DNA of 59,735 nucleotides. It comes from a virus. Lineage: Duplodnaviria; Caudoviricetes. A model generated the notes under the pieces. The model was not told the DNA's origin. It searched no databases and saw only the letters and a program-made list of their open reading frames with translations. The position numbers and the translations under genes are program-made. Below are positions 50,231 through 57,396 of this stretch, piece by piece. The first letter of the stretch is position 1. Every line of letters begins with the position of its first letter. The stretch is taken from the IMG/VR virus record IMGVR_UViG_3300008012_000002, positions 1 through 59,735 of that record. The stretch is one strand, 5' to 3'.

Positions 50231-50642
50231 GTAATTGAGTTTGAATTTGTAATTTTTCTTTGAGTAGTTCGTTCACAGTCTTGTCGATGTACTTAAGACG
50301 CTCGACCTTCGCCACGCCGTCGAAGTGTGAGTTCACGATGTATTCTGCGGTCTCGTAGAATAGTGCGTAACCATCCCAGTTTTCTAGGTTGGCACCGTGA
50401 GTCTTCTTGTAATGAATGATGGTGGTCCTGTCTTTGTGCAGGACGTCTGCTGTTAGGCTGTCCCCAATCTTGTTGGAGAGAGCCACCCCGATAGCAATGC
50501 GGGGCTGAGAGTTCTTGAACTTTCTGTCTGTGGGGCTAAAGTGTTGTCCGATCGAGTCATAGTATATGTTTCTTGCCTCCTTGCCCTGCTCAATTAGGGC
50601 CAATGGATTGCTAAATTTACGATAGGCCAGTTGTTTTTCCAT
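50202..50642 (-). CDS. Protein with a DnaA domain-IV-like HTH
   Basis: A.VL.KDRTTIIHY resembles the DnaA C-terminal RDHTTV.H motif. Confidence 0.5.
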   Translation of the reverse strand: MEKQLAYRKFSNPLALIEQGKEARNIYYDSIGQHFSPTDRKFKNSQPRIAIGVALSNKIGDSLTADVLHKDRTTIIHYKKTHGANLENWDGYALFYETAEYIVNSHFDGVAKVERLKYIDKTVNELLKEKLQIQTQLHEQLQIQDH

Positions 50643-50982
50643 GTGTTTCTTGAATTTTTTTCTTGAGCATGCTGTGCATGTCTGTGTATAGTTGCATTGC
50701 AATCATGACTACCTCCATCTTTTCTGCGAAGTCGTGAAGGACAGCCTCCATCTTGTTCTTGTCTCGCATGGCCACCTCTGCGTTGTGGTCAATCACAATC
50801 TCGTTAGCGGTGCGAGCATGGGTCACGAACTCAGATAGACCTGCTGACACGGGCATCTTCACCCACTCAAGCACGTCGTACTCGATGATGTCCTCCATCG
50901 CAAACATCTTGGCAAGGAACACGGCACGAGATTCGTAGTCGTACTCCTCTTGAATCCAGTTGATAGCTTCTTCATTCGTCAT
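50617..50982 (-). CDS. Hypothetical protein
   Basis: ORF with probable start MTNEEA. Confidence 0.6.
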   Translation of the reverse strand: MTNEEAINWIQEEYDYESRAVFLAKMFAMEDIIEYDVLEWVKMPVSAGLSEFVTHARTANEIVIDHNAEVAMRDKNKMEAVLHDFAEKMEVVMIAMQLYTDMHSMLKKKIQETHGKTTGLS

Positions 50983-51253
50983 TTGTTCGCTCAATAATTT
51001 CAGGGTCTCCATGTGTTCGTCGGTTCCATGCAAGGTTAAGATCGGGTGTGACATACATCACACCGTTGCGGAAGTAGGCGTAGATAGCCTCGTCATTGTT
51101 CGTCTCTCTCATCTTTGAATTTGAGTTTTTGTTTTGCGTCATAGTCATTCAGTAGCGTCCACACTACGGTCTTGTTCCATTCGGTTGGGTCGGCTTCCGC
51201 CTTGTCCATCGCTGCTTCTATCTTCTTCCACAGCATGTCCATGTATTCGTCTG

Positions 51254-51379
51254 TCATTTTAGGTTGTGTTGTTTGAGTAGTCTGTACAGGTGACGCTCCG
51301 TGATGCCGAGCAAGGATGCGGCCTTGCGTCGGACACCACAGGCGTCATCAAGCGCTCTTGCTATCGTCTCCTTGGTCAT
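51254..51379 (-). CDS. Stand-alone Fis-type HTH (HTH_8) mini-protein, 41 aa
   Basis: IARAL...G.R.KAA.LLGI.ER.LYR.LK. Confidence 0.7.
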   Translation of the reverse strand: MTKETIARALDDACGVRRKAASLLGITERHLYRLLKQHNLK

Positions 51380-52040
51380 CAATTCCGTGGATTCGGCATT
51401 CGAACTCCTTGTCTGCACATAGCCCTTTGAGCGAGTCAATGACAGCCTCCTCGGTGTAGTCACCGCACTTGCCACGCATCCAGTCGAGGTCAAGCTCGTC
51501 GTCGAGGTCGATAAGTTTATCGAATGACACGTCGAAGCCACCGACATACTCTCTCTCTTCGACGTTAATCGTCTGACCCTCAAGCTCTGCGCATGCCGAA
51601 AGCACACCAGTTTGAATACCCTCACGGAAGATGGCGATAGCTACATCCTTGGGGATGACGGGCATAGTGGCTTTCTCTTCGAGGTCTCGGTATGCTTGGC
51701 AACCGCATGGCCCGCTTGATGCTTCTTTCTCTTTGCGTAGCTTCTCAAGCTCTGCCTTGAACGTCATCATGTTGTCGTAGTACCCCTGACCAAGGTCTTG
51801 TTGGCGTTGCACCTCGGCTTCGAGGTCTTTGATTTGGTCAAGGAACCCTGCCTCCCTGTCGATGTGGAACTGCACGTTAGCATTGGCGGCAGTGAGTTGA
51901 TTTTCGAGGGCGGCCTCACGACCTGTCTGCTCTTGGTATGTAGCCATGGATTCGATGGTTTTGTTTGCTGATGAAATAGCATTCTCTGCGTAGCGGATAG
52001 CCGCTTCAAGCTCTTGCTTGGATTCTTGGATTGGATTCAT
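51348..52040 (-). CDS. Coiled-coil hypothetical protein
   Basis: Heptad-rich N-terminal half. Confidence 0.7.
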   Translation of the reverse strand: MNPIQESKQELEAAIRYAENAISSANKTIESMATYQEQTGREAALENQLTAANANVQFHIDREAGFLDQIKDLEAEVQRQQDLGQGYYDNMMTFKAELEKLRKEKEASSGPCGCQAYRDLEEKATMPVIPKDVAIAIFREGIQTGVLSACAELEGQTINVEEREYVGGFDVSFDKLIDLDDELDLDWMRGKCGDYTEEAVIDSLKGLCADKEFECRIHGIDDQGDDSKSA

Positions 52041-52276
52041 GATTGGTAAATAAATTTGAAGTTTTCTCTGATTGCTCTGCCGTAACGGGTATGGAATCCG
52101 TAGCTGTGTGTGCCGAGCATTGGCTCGTTGGCAAGCATGAAGCGAAGGACTTTCCACTCTTCAAGGTCAAAGATGGATGCGGTTTCTTGTGTTGCTTCGA
52201 GTAGCATATCGGGATCGTGACGCATGGGTTGGCCGAGGTCTACCTCGATGTAGTCTTGTATGTCTTTACTCGTCAT
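52037..52276 (-). CDS. Hypothetical early protein
   Basis: Coupled ORF. Confidence 0.6.
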   Translation of the reverse strand: MTSKDIQDYIEVDLGQPMRHDPDMLLEATQETASIFDLEEWKVLRFMLANEPMLGTHSYGFHTRYGRAIRENFKFIYQS

Positions 52277-52374
52277 TGTTTTTTGGTTTTGCATTGAAGT
52301 TCAGATAGTCTTCGGCAGTCATGCCGTAGAGCTTGCGCTCTTCTTGCGTCAGCTCCATGGGGGTGTTCCATTCT

Positions 52375-52617
52375 TCATTCGTCATTGTCTTGGAATTTTG
52401 GGGAGTTCTCCATGATGTGTCGAGCCACCATCTCTTCGATTTCGAAGGCGAGGGCGTCCACGTCGTTGTGGTCGAGGTCGTACTCTTCAAGCATCAGCTT
52501 GGTGAGTCGCATGTATGCGCTTTCGCTCGGTCTGTCGCTGTCATAAATTCCGTATGAGCGGTGGTTGAAGCAGTCGCTTACATAGCCACGGATGTCTGAT
52601 TCTGTTTCTTCACTCAT
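52375..52617 (-). CDS. Hypothetical early protein
   Basis: Acidic 80-aa ORF. Confidence 0.6.
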   Translation of the reverse strand: MSEETESDIRGYVSDCFNHRSYGIYDSDRPSESAYMRLTKLMLEEYDLDHNDVDALAFEIEEMVARHIMENSPKFQDNDE

Positions 52618-52887
52618 CGTCTTTTGCTTTTTCGTAGATAAATACTAGTTCGTCGTACAGGTCGTAGAGACGTGTACTTGGGTCGAAGTTGGGGTCGTCT
52701 TGCTGACGTTCTTGATAGTCGTCCATGATTGCCATGAACTGCACGCCCACGGTGGCCGCTGTAATTGTTGCGTTACTCATTGTCTTCGTTGTCTAGTTGG
52801 TAAAGGGTGTCGAGTACCACTTGCAAGTCGTACTTGATGTCCGCCACCTTGTGGCAGAGGTCTTCGATGATTTCTTTCTTGGTTGAT

Positions 52888-53094
52888 TTAGTCATTTGTA
52901 TTCTTGATTGGGCAGAGCCGTAGCTCGTACATAGTTTCGTGGCTGTCTTCGTTGAAGTTGAAGCGAGTCCATTGGATAGGGTCTAGTGTGAAGTCGTATA
53001 GGTCTTCGTGTAACTCGGTGTCATGCACCTCGATTACTACCTCTGCGTTGTCGGGGTATTGTGCGATGAGGTCAAGCAGTTGTTTCTTCGTCAT
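52888..53094 (-). CDS. Hypothetical early protein
   Basis: MTKKQLLDLIAQYPDNAEV, a common phage small-protein start pattern. Confidence 0.6.
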   Translation of the reverse strand: MTKKQLLDLIAQYPDNAEVVIEVHDTELHEDLYDFTLDPIQWTRFNFNEDSHETMYELRLCPIKNTND

Positions 53095-53257
53095 TGTCTT
53101 CAAAGTATTGGTTGTACAATTCATTAAGCTCTTCGTCTGTTGTAGAGTGTTCAAGGTCGTAGAGCATGGATTCAAAGACGTATTGATACATCGTATTCCA
53201 ATCCATGTCTTGCACTACGCTGTCAACGTAGCGTGTGAGTTTCTCATACCTCGTCAT
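53072..53257 (-). CDS. Hypothetical early protein
   Basis: MTRYEKL... acidic helical ORF. Confidence 0.55.
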   Translation of the reverse strand: MTRYEKLTRYVDSVVQDMDWNTMYQYVFESMLYDLEHSTTDEELNELYNQYFEDNDEETTA

Positions 53258-53846
53258 AGCTGTCAGAGTTTTTGGGTTTAGGAATGCGGAAAGCGTGCAT
53301 CGAGAAGTCGTCGACGTCGATGAAAGCGTGGTTGCGGTAGTACACATCCGAAATGAACTCACCGAGTTGTGCAAGGTTGTGCAAGCCCTCGTCTTTCCAG
53401 TTCTCGTTGGTACCGCCTACCACATCGGATGAGACACGAGCCACAAGTGACATACACAAGGGGTGGTAATCCCATGCTTGGTCGGCTTCGATTTGATTCC
53501 ACGTCAACCAACATGACTCGGTGGAGTCGGAGCGGTTAGACAGGTCAACCTCGATGATGCGGAATACCTCGACACTTACGTCGTCCATGAACTCCGCAAC
53601 GTAGTCGTCGTGCTCCATGTCAGAGGGGACGCAAGCGTGGTAGTTCTCGTAGTCACGAGTGAGGGTGACGTAGATGTCAAGCTCTCGGTGTTCGATGTTG
53701 ACGCACATCTCATCCTTGCGGTATTCGTCAAGAATCTGACTGACGTGCTTGTCTGCAAGCCCCCTGTCGGGGAAGAACTCGCAGGTGGTGTCGGAGTACC
53801 CTTCGAAGAGTCCTGCGACAGCGTGGATTACTGCATATTGTTTCAT
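53244..53846 (-). CDS. Hypothetical early protein
   Basis: 200-aa acidic ORF with an A/C-rich leader. Confidence 0.7.
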   Translation of the reverse strand: MKQYAVIHAVAGLFEGYSDTTCEFFPDRGLADKHVSQILDEYRKDEMCVNIEHRELDIYVTLTRDYENYHACVPSDMEHDDYVAEFMDDVSVEVFRIIEVDLSNRSDSTESCWLTWNQIEADQAWDYHPLCMSLVARVSSDVVGGTNENWKDEGLHNLAQLGEFISDVYYRNHAFIDVDDFSMHAFRIPKPKNSDSYDEV

Positions 53847-53875
53847 GTTGATTGAATTGAAGTTTAAGATTTGAA

Positions 53876-53933
53876 GTGTTCGTGTATATCACCTTCTTCG
53901 TAAACTCAGAAGGTGTATATACACTCACACATA
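53876..53933 (-). repeat. Conserved hairpin element, copy 1 (core CCTTCT-GAGTTTACGA-AGAAGG)
   Basis: Three near-identical intergenic copies with a long inverted repeat. Confidence 0.85.
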
Positions 53934-53935
53934 AG

Positions 53936-54064
53936 TAGCGGAAGGTGGAGTCGAACCACCGCACATCTCATGTTCGTTGCCATAAGCCCTCGGTAAAGGG
54001 TAGAAGGAACAGATATTGATATGCACACACCACCTCACGACCTCTCGTGATAAGTGTCTCCGCT
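53936..54064 (-). ncRNA. tRNA-like RNA 1 (129 nt; expanded D- and anticodon-arm regions)
   Basis: Acceptor AGCGGAG/TTCCGCT+A, T arm GGTGG-TTCGACT-CCACC, long internal stems. Confidence 0.7.
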
Positions 54065-54143
54065 TGGCGTGTTATCCTACGTCAGCAACCCAGTAGAGAC
54101 CCGATTTTGCTTAACTAGTATACGGGATGATAACTGCCATGTA

Positions 54144-54208
54144 GAAGGGAGGTTGGGATTCGAACACAACTGCCATCCGTAGATGTACGCACCGAACTGC
54201 GCTCCCTT
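54144..54208 (-). ncRNA. tRNA-like RNA 2 (65 nt; anticodon loop replaced by a UACG tetraloop)
   Basis: AAGGGAG/CTCCCTT, CGCA/TGCG, CATC-TACG-GATG, T loop TTCGAAT. Confidence 0.75.
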
Positions 54209-54250
54209 GAAAAAGGTGGGGGTGGCGTGACGTTTCACGTCTCACCCCCG
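54209..54250 (-). terminator. Terminator-like hairpin upstream of tRNA-like RNA 2
   Basis: GGGGGTG...CACCCCC followed by TTTTT on the - strand. Confidence 0.55.
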
Positions 54251-54260
54251 TGGTCAAACT

Positions 54261-54710
54261 TCAATCAACCAATTCCTTTTCGAGAAGACCATCCTCCATG
54301 ATGCCCTCCATGATATGATCGATTATGCGGTCAATAATGCCCGCTTGGTCACTCCATCTGCCGTACCCTTGAGCATCAAGCATGAATGATTTGAGTTCCT
54401 TGTACAAGTCATTACTCGGTAGGTTGTCTTCGAGGTACTCTGCCAAATCTTGGTAGTACGAATCCATCTTGTACTCCGTGTAGCACTCGTCGCCATCATA
54501 CTCCTCCCACTCACGCCACAGGTTACAGAACCCGTTGTTGTAGTAGTCGTAGCCGATTCGAGAGATGGCACGGAGGAGTTCAGGCCATCCGTCCTCCGCT
54601 TCACCCTCCATGGGTATAAGCTGTTTCCATGCTCGGTCGTACAGACCTTGATACTTGCCTTCGTTATCCCAGTAAATGCCGCTTGGCTTGTCGATAATTA
54701 CTTTCGTCAT
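54261..54710 (-). CDS. Hypothetical early protein
   Basis: YW...GKYQ..Y...LIP..G...ELLRA..R..YDYYNNG, a recurrent phage family. Confidence 0.75.
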   Translation of the reverse strand: MTKVIIDKPSGIYWDNEGKYQGLYDRAWKQLIPMEGEAEDGWPELLRAISRIGYDYYNNGFCNLWREWEEYDGDECYTEYKMDSYYQDLAEYLEDNLPSNDLYKELKSFMLDAQGYGRWSDQAGIIDRIIDHIMEGIMEDGLLEKELVD

Positions 54711-54727
54711 TGTCTTGTTTTTTTGGT

Positions 54728-54928
54728 TTACCAAAATCCATCGGTGTTCATGATTCTCTGAAGTTCTGCTGTCGTCACTCGTTTGAACGATTTTTCGTTG
54801 ATGGTGAGTCTTTTTGAGTCAGCCCACTTCTCTCTCGCTTGCTTACGAGCGGAGCGAATGTTGGCGGCCCACTCGAAGTTCCATCCACCTTGATTCCAGT
54901 TGAACACGTAGCAGTGCTTCTTACTCAT
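54728..54928 (-). CDS. Hypothetical early protein
   Basis: 66-aa ORF. Confidence 0.6.
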   Translation of the reverse strand: MSKKHCYVFNWNQGGWNFEWAANIRSARKQAREKWADSKRLTINEKSFKRVTTAELQRIMNTDGFW

Positions 54929-55115
54929 GGTTGTCTCGTCTTGTTGGTGTAATTTCCATGGTTACATCCCATGTTGCTTGGCAGTCCTCGCACTCGTAGT
55001 CGTGGCACTGCTGTACCCAACCTCCTGCGCTCCATCCAGTCTCCTGTGAGCCGAGGTGTATGCCGACTCCACCACACTTGTGGCAGGTGTCGTAGTCTCC
55101 TAATGGATTTCTCAT
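54921..55115 (-). CDS. Small Zn-finger protein
   Basis: CHKC...CEDC. Confidence 0.65.
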   Translation of the reverse strand: MRNPLGDYDTCHKCGGVGIHLGSQETGWSAGGWVQQCHDYECEDCQATWDVTMEITPTRRDNHE

Positions 55116-55122
55116 GTGTGTG

Positions 55123-55323
55123 TCATTTTCTTTTTGTTGTTTCGATTCCCCACCATTCTACTTCTTCATCGTGGATGCGGAAGCTGTGTGTTTCTTGCAG
55201 GGCGTCATTCCATACCTCGTCCAACCACACGCCGTGGTCGTCAGGTGCTCCCTGCACATAGGAAGCAGGGAAGCCTTGTTCTTGCAGTGCTTTGACTGCA
55301 CGTTCGCATTTGTCTTGTGTCAT
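55123..55323 (-). CDS. Hypothetical early protein
   Basis: 66-aa ORF. Confidence 0.6.
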   Translation of the reverse strand: MTQDKCERAVKALQEQGFPASYVQGAPDDHGVWLDEVWNDALQETHSFRIHDEEVEWWGIETTKRK

Positions 55324-55499
55324 TTGCTCAAGTTGAATGCAGTTTTACGAACAGCCTCGACCTTCTTCAAGGTCCACCCAGGAGGTGTCATCATCCGTGC
55401 TTGGATGAGTGCTGATGTGCTGTCATTGGATGCGAACTCGCGGTCTCGCCAATCGTCTCGGTCTTTGCCGAAGTAGTATACCATGCGGTAAATGTTCAT
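55320..55499 (-). CDS. Small early protein (59 aa; not in the track), paralogue of 56076..56309
   Basis: MNIYRMVYYFGKDRDDW; preceded by the shared leader. Confidence 0.65.
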   Translation of the reverse strand: MNIYRMVYYFGKDRDDWRDREFASNDSTSALIQARMMTPPGWTLKKVEAVRKTAFNLSK

Positions 55500-55537
55500 G
55501 TGAATGAAGTTTGAAATTTGAAAGATTTTGCAAGTTT

Positions 55538-55608
55538 TAGATGTGGCGGGATTCGAACCCGCACCTCCACCTTTCAGTGGCGTGCTATCCTGTTACACTA
55601 TCACACCT
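55538..55608 (-). ncRNA. tRNA-like RNA 3 (71 nt; anticodon arm shortened to CCACT-GAAA-GGTGG)
   Basis: AGGTGTG/CACATCT+A, D arm GTGT/GCAC, T arm GCGGG-TTCGAAT-CCCGC. Confidence 0.75.
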
Positions 55609-55642
55609 TGCGGGCTATGCCCCTCAAAGCTACGTTCGCTTT

Positions 55643-55692
55643 GACACAGACGCCTCTCGGCGTTTCGTCCATTGAGGACTCATCAGTGTGTC
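55643..55692 (-). ncRNA. Type I hammerhead ribozyme 1
   Basis: GACACA-CTGATGA-GTCC-TCAAT-GGAC-GAAA-CGCC-GAGA-GGCG-TC^TGTGTC; complete catalytic core with a GUC cleavage triplet. Confidence 0.92.
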
Positions 55693-55698
55693 TCTTTA

Positions 55699-55757
55699 GT
55701 GTTCGTGTATACTACCTTCTTCGTAAACTCAGAAGGTATGTATACACTCACACATAG
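55699..55757 (-). repeat. Conserved hairpin element, copy 2
   Basis: Same core as copy 1; immediately 5' of hammerhead 1. Confidence 0.85.
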
Positions 55758-55979
55758 TCAGTCGTCAGTCGACCACCGCTTCAGCATTCGCATCACATGG
55801 AACACCGTCGTAGCGTCAGCGTCAGGTGTGTTTGCCACGATTGATGCCATGCCCTTGACGTCATCAGGGATGAGCCGAGCGTAGCGGTTCAGGTCAGACA
55901 GGTACTTCCCGTTGTGGAAGTCGTTGAGGTAGAGGACGGCACGTCCTACGGGTTGGGAGAAAAAGTTGTCCTTAATCAT
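55758..55979 (-). CDS. Hypothetical early protein
   Basis: 73-aa ORF. Confidence 0.6.
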   Translation of the reverse strand: MIKDNFFSQPVGRAVLYLNDFHNGKYLSDLNRYARLIPDDVKGMASIVANTPDADATTVFHVMRMLKRWSTDD

Positions 55980-56076
55980 TGTTCAAGGCTTTGATGATGA
56001 TGCAGAGAATTGAAGCACCGACTAGCATCATGGCGAGCATGAGCGGGGTGCATGAGATGATGAACTCGGGTGTCAT
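55972..56076 (-). CDS. 34-aa single-TM peptide (not in the track)
   Basis: MTPEFIISCTPLMLAMMLVGASILCIIIKALNND; coupled to both neighbours. Confidence 0.5.
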   Translation of the reverse strand: MTPEFIISCTPLMLAMMLVGASILCIIIKALNND

Positions 56077-56309
56077 TACTTGTTGAGTTGGAAGTGGGCT
56101 TTCACGGACTTGACACAATGCCCATCAGGGCAGAGGTCAAGCGCTCGTTGCTTCGCATGGTCGAGAGACCACGCCTTGAACACGATGGCGTCCCAATCGT
56201 CGCGGTCGTAGCCACGATAGTACACCATCCTGAACTCCATTGAGGGGCAGGATTTCGGGAGCCAATCGCTCATCGTGCCCCGCTTGGGGTAGCGTTCCCA
56301 AATGTTCAT
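56076..56309 (-). CDS. Small early protein, paralogue of 55320..55499
   Basis: MNI...FRMVYYRGYDRDDW. Confidence 0.65.
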   Translation of the reverse strand: MNIWERYPKRGTMSDWLPKSCPSMEFRMVYYRGYDRDDWDAIVFKAWSLDHAKQRALDLCPDGHCVKSVKAHFQLNK

Positions 56310-56467
56310 GACAAGTCGACGATTTCTTGTGCGACCATCATCTGCTCGTTACATGACAGGCTTGCGAACTCCTCGGAGTTGAAGTAGGCGTCAGCCCCGA
56401 ACACTTGGTACATATCGACCATAGCTTGCAATTTGGCGATTCTCGCCTCAACATTTGTAGTTTTCAT
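56306..56467 (-). CDS. Small early protein (53 aa; not in the track)
   Basis: MKTTNVEARIAKLQAM...; first ORF after the hammerhead 2 cleavage site. Confidence 0.6.
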   Translation of the reverse strand: MKTTNVEARIAKLQAMVDMYQVFGADAYFNSEEFASLSCNEQMMVAQEIVDLS

Positions 56468-56487
56468 TGGAAATGAATTTGAAGTTT

Positions 56488-56539
56488 GATACAGACACCC
56501 CGAAGGGTGTTTCGTCCATTGAGGACTCGTCAGTGTACC
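56488..56539 (-). ncRNA. Type I hammerhead ribozyme 2
   Basis: GGTACA-CTGACGA-GTCC-TCAAT-GGAC-GAAA-CACCC-TTCG-GGGTG-TC^TGTATC; stems I and III covary with hammerhead 1. Confidence 0.92.
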
Positions 56540-56546
56540 TGTGATG

Positions 56547-56750
56547 TCAGTATGGGGGCTTGTCAGGTTTGGGTGAGAGAGCAGACTCCATGGCCTTGGA
56601 CAGGAGGTACTCCTCGAGTTCTTCGTCGAGGTGGTGCTTGAGGATGTAATCCTCGGCTTCGGGGTCGCTACCTAACACCCTGTAGACGTCTACACTTGTC
56701 ATGTAGCCTGATTGGATGACGCAATCGATGATGTCTGAAACGTTTGACAT
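56547..56750 (-). CDS. Hypothetical early protein
   Basis: 67-aa ORF with the shared leader. Confidence 0.65.
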   Translation of the reverse strand: MSNVSDIIDCVIQSGYMTSVDVYRVLGSDPEAEDYILKHHLDEELEEYLLSKAMESALSPKPDKPPY

Positions 56751-56781
56751 GGCTTGAAGTTTGAATTTCGAGTTAGAGAGA

Positions 56782-56831
56782 GGGGTCGTATATCACCTTC
56801 TTCGTAAACTCAGAAGGTGTATATACTCCCC
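56782..56831 (-). repeat. Conserved hairpin element, copy 3
   Basis: Same core; basal stem swapped to GGGG/CCCC (covariation). Confidence 0.85.
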
Positions 56832-56841
56832 CACTCATGGA

Positions 56842-57396
56842 TTAGCAGGTTGGGTCGAACGGCAAGTCAGAGAAGCAAACTTCGTTTGCCGTGGGTGTCA
56901 CATCTGACGTCATCATGACGGCCAAGGTAGCGGTCAACTGCTCCAACTTGGCTTCCAAGGAAGCTACGCGGTCATCTGACGTCACCTTCATGGGTGCGGC
57001 CTTCGGCATGGCGACAGCCTTCTTGACTGCCCCTGCCTTCCGCTTGGCTCTTGCCGTAGCTCCTGACTTGTCAGACACCTCTTGGGCTGACTTCCGAGCC
57101 TCCTCAACGGAGGCCGTACGCTTGGTGTGACATGGCGTCACCACGCCATCGGCTTTGCCGTGGAAAGCCTTTTCCTGCCTGTCAGCTACTTTGGTAGCTG
57201 GTGTGGCTTTGCCATTCTTCTGCTTCGTCTTACGACGACGCTTTGGCTTCGGAGCCTCAAGGCTCTCAACGTATGACATGAGGGAAGCAACAGCCTTCTT
57301 CGCATCTTCGATGCGGTCTGCGGTTGGTGAGAACGAAGCAGTATTGACTGCTGTCTTAACCTCCTTCAGGAGGTTGATTCTAGATTGATTGTTCAT
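56842..57396 (-). CDS. First early gene; basic Lys/Ala-rich protein
   Basis: Start MNNQSR after the early promoter and the CAAACTTCA leader. Confidence 0.7.
   Translation of the reverse strand: MNNQSRINLLKEVKTAVNTASFSPTADRIEDAKKAVASLMSYVESLEAPKPKRRRKTKQKNGKATPATKVADRQEKAFHGKADGVVTPCHTKRTASVEEARKSAQEVSDKSGATARAKRKAGAVKKAVAMPKAAPMKVTSDDRVASLEAKLEQLTATLAVMMTSDVTPTANEVCFSDLPFDPTC

Noticed and set aside
53936-54064. tmRNA
   Set aside because: Too short, lacks the Ala-type GGGGC acceptor, and has no tag reading frame
55538-55608. Canonical tRNA-Phe(GAA)
   Set aside because: The anticodon arm is about 3 nt too short to form a 5-bp stem with a 7-nt loop; treated as tRNA-like
53876-56831. CRISPR array from the three repeated hairpins
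   Set aside because: The copies are 1-2 kb apart and separated by genes; there are no regular spacers and no cas genes
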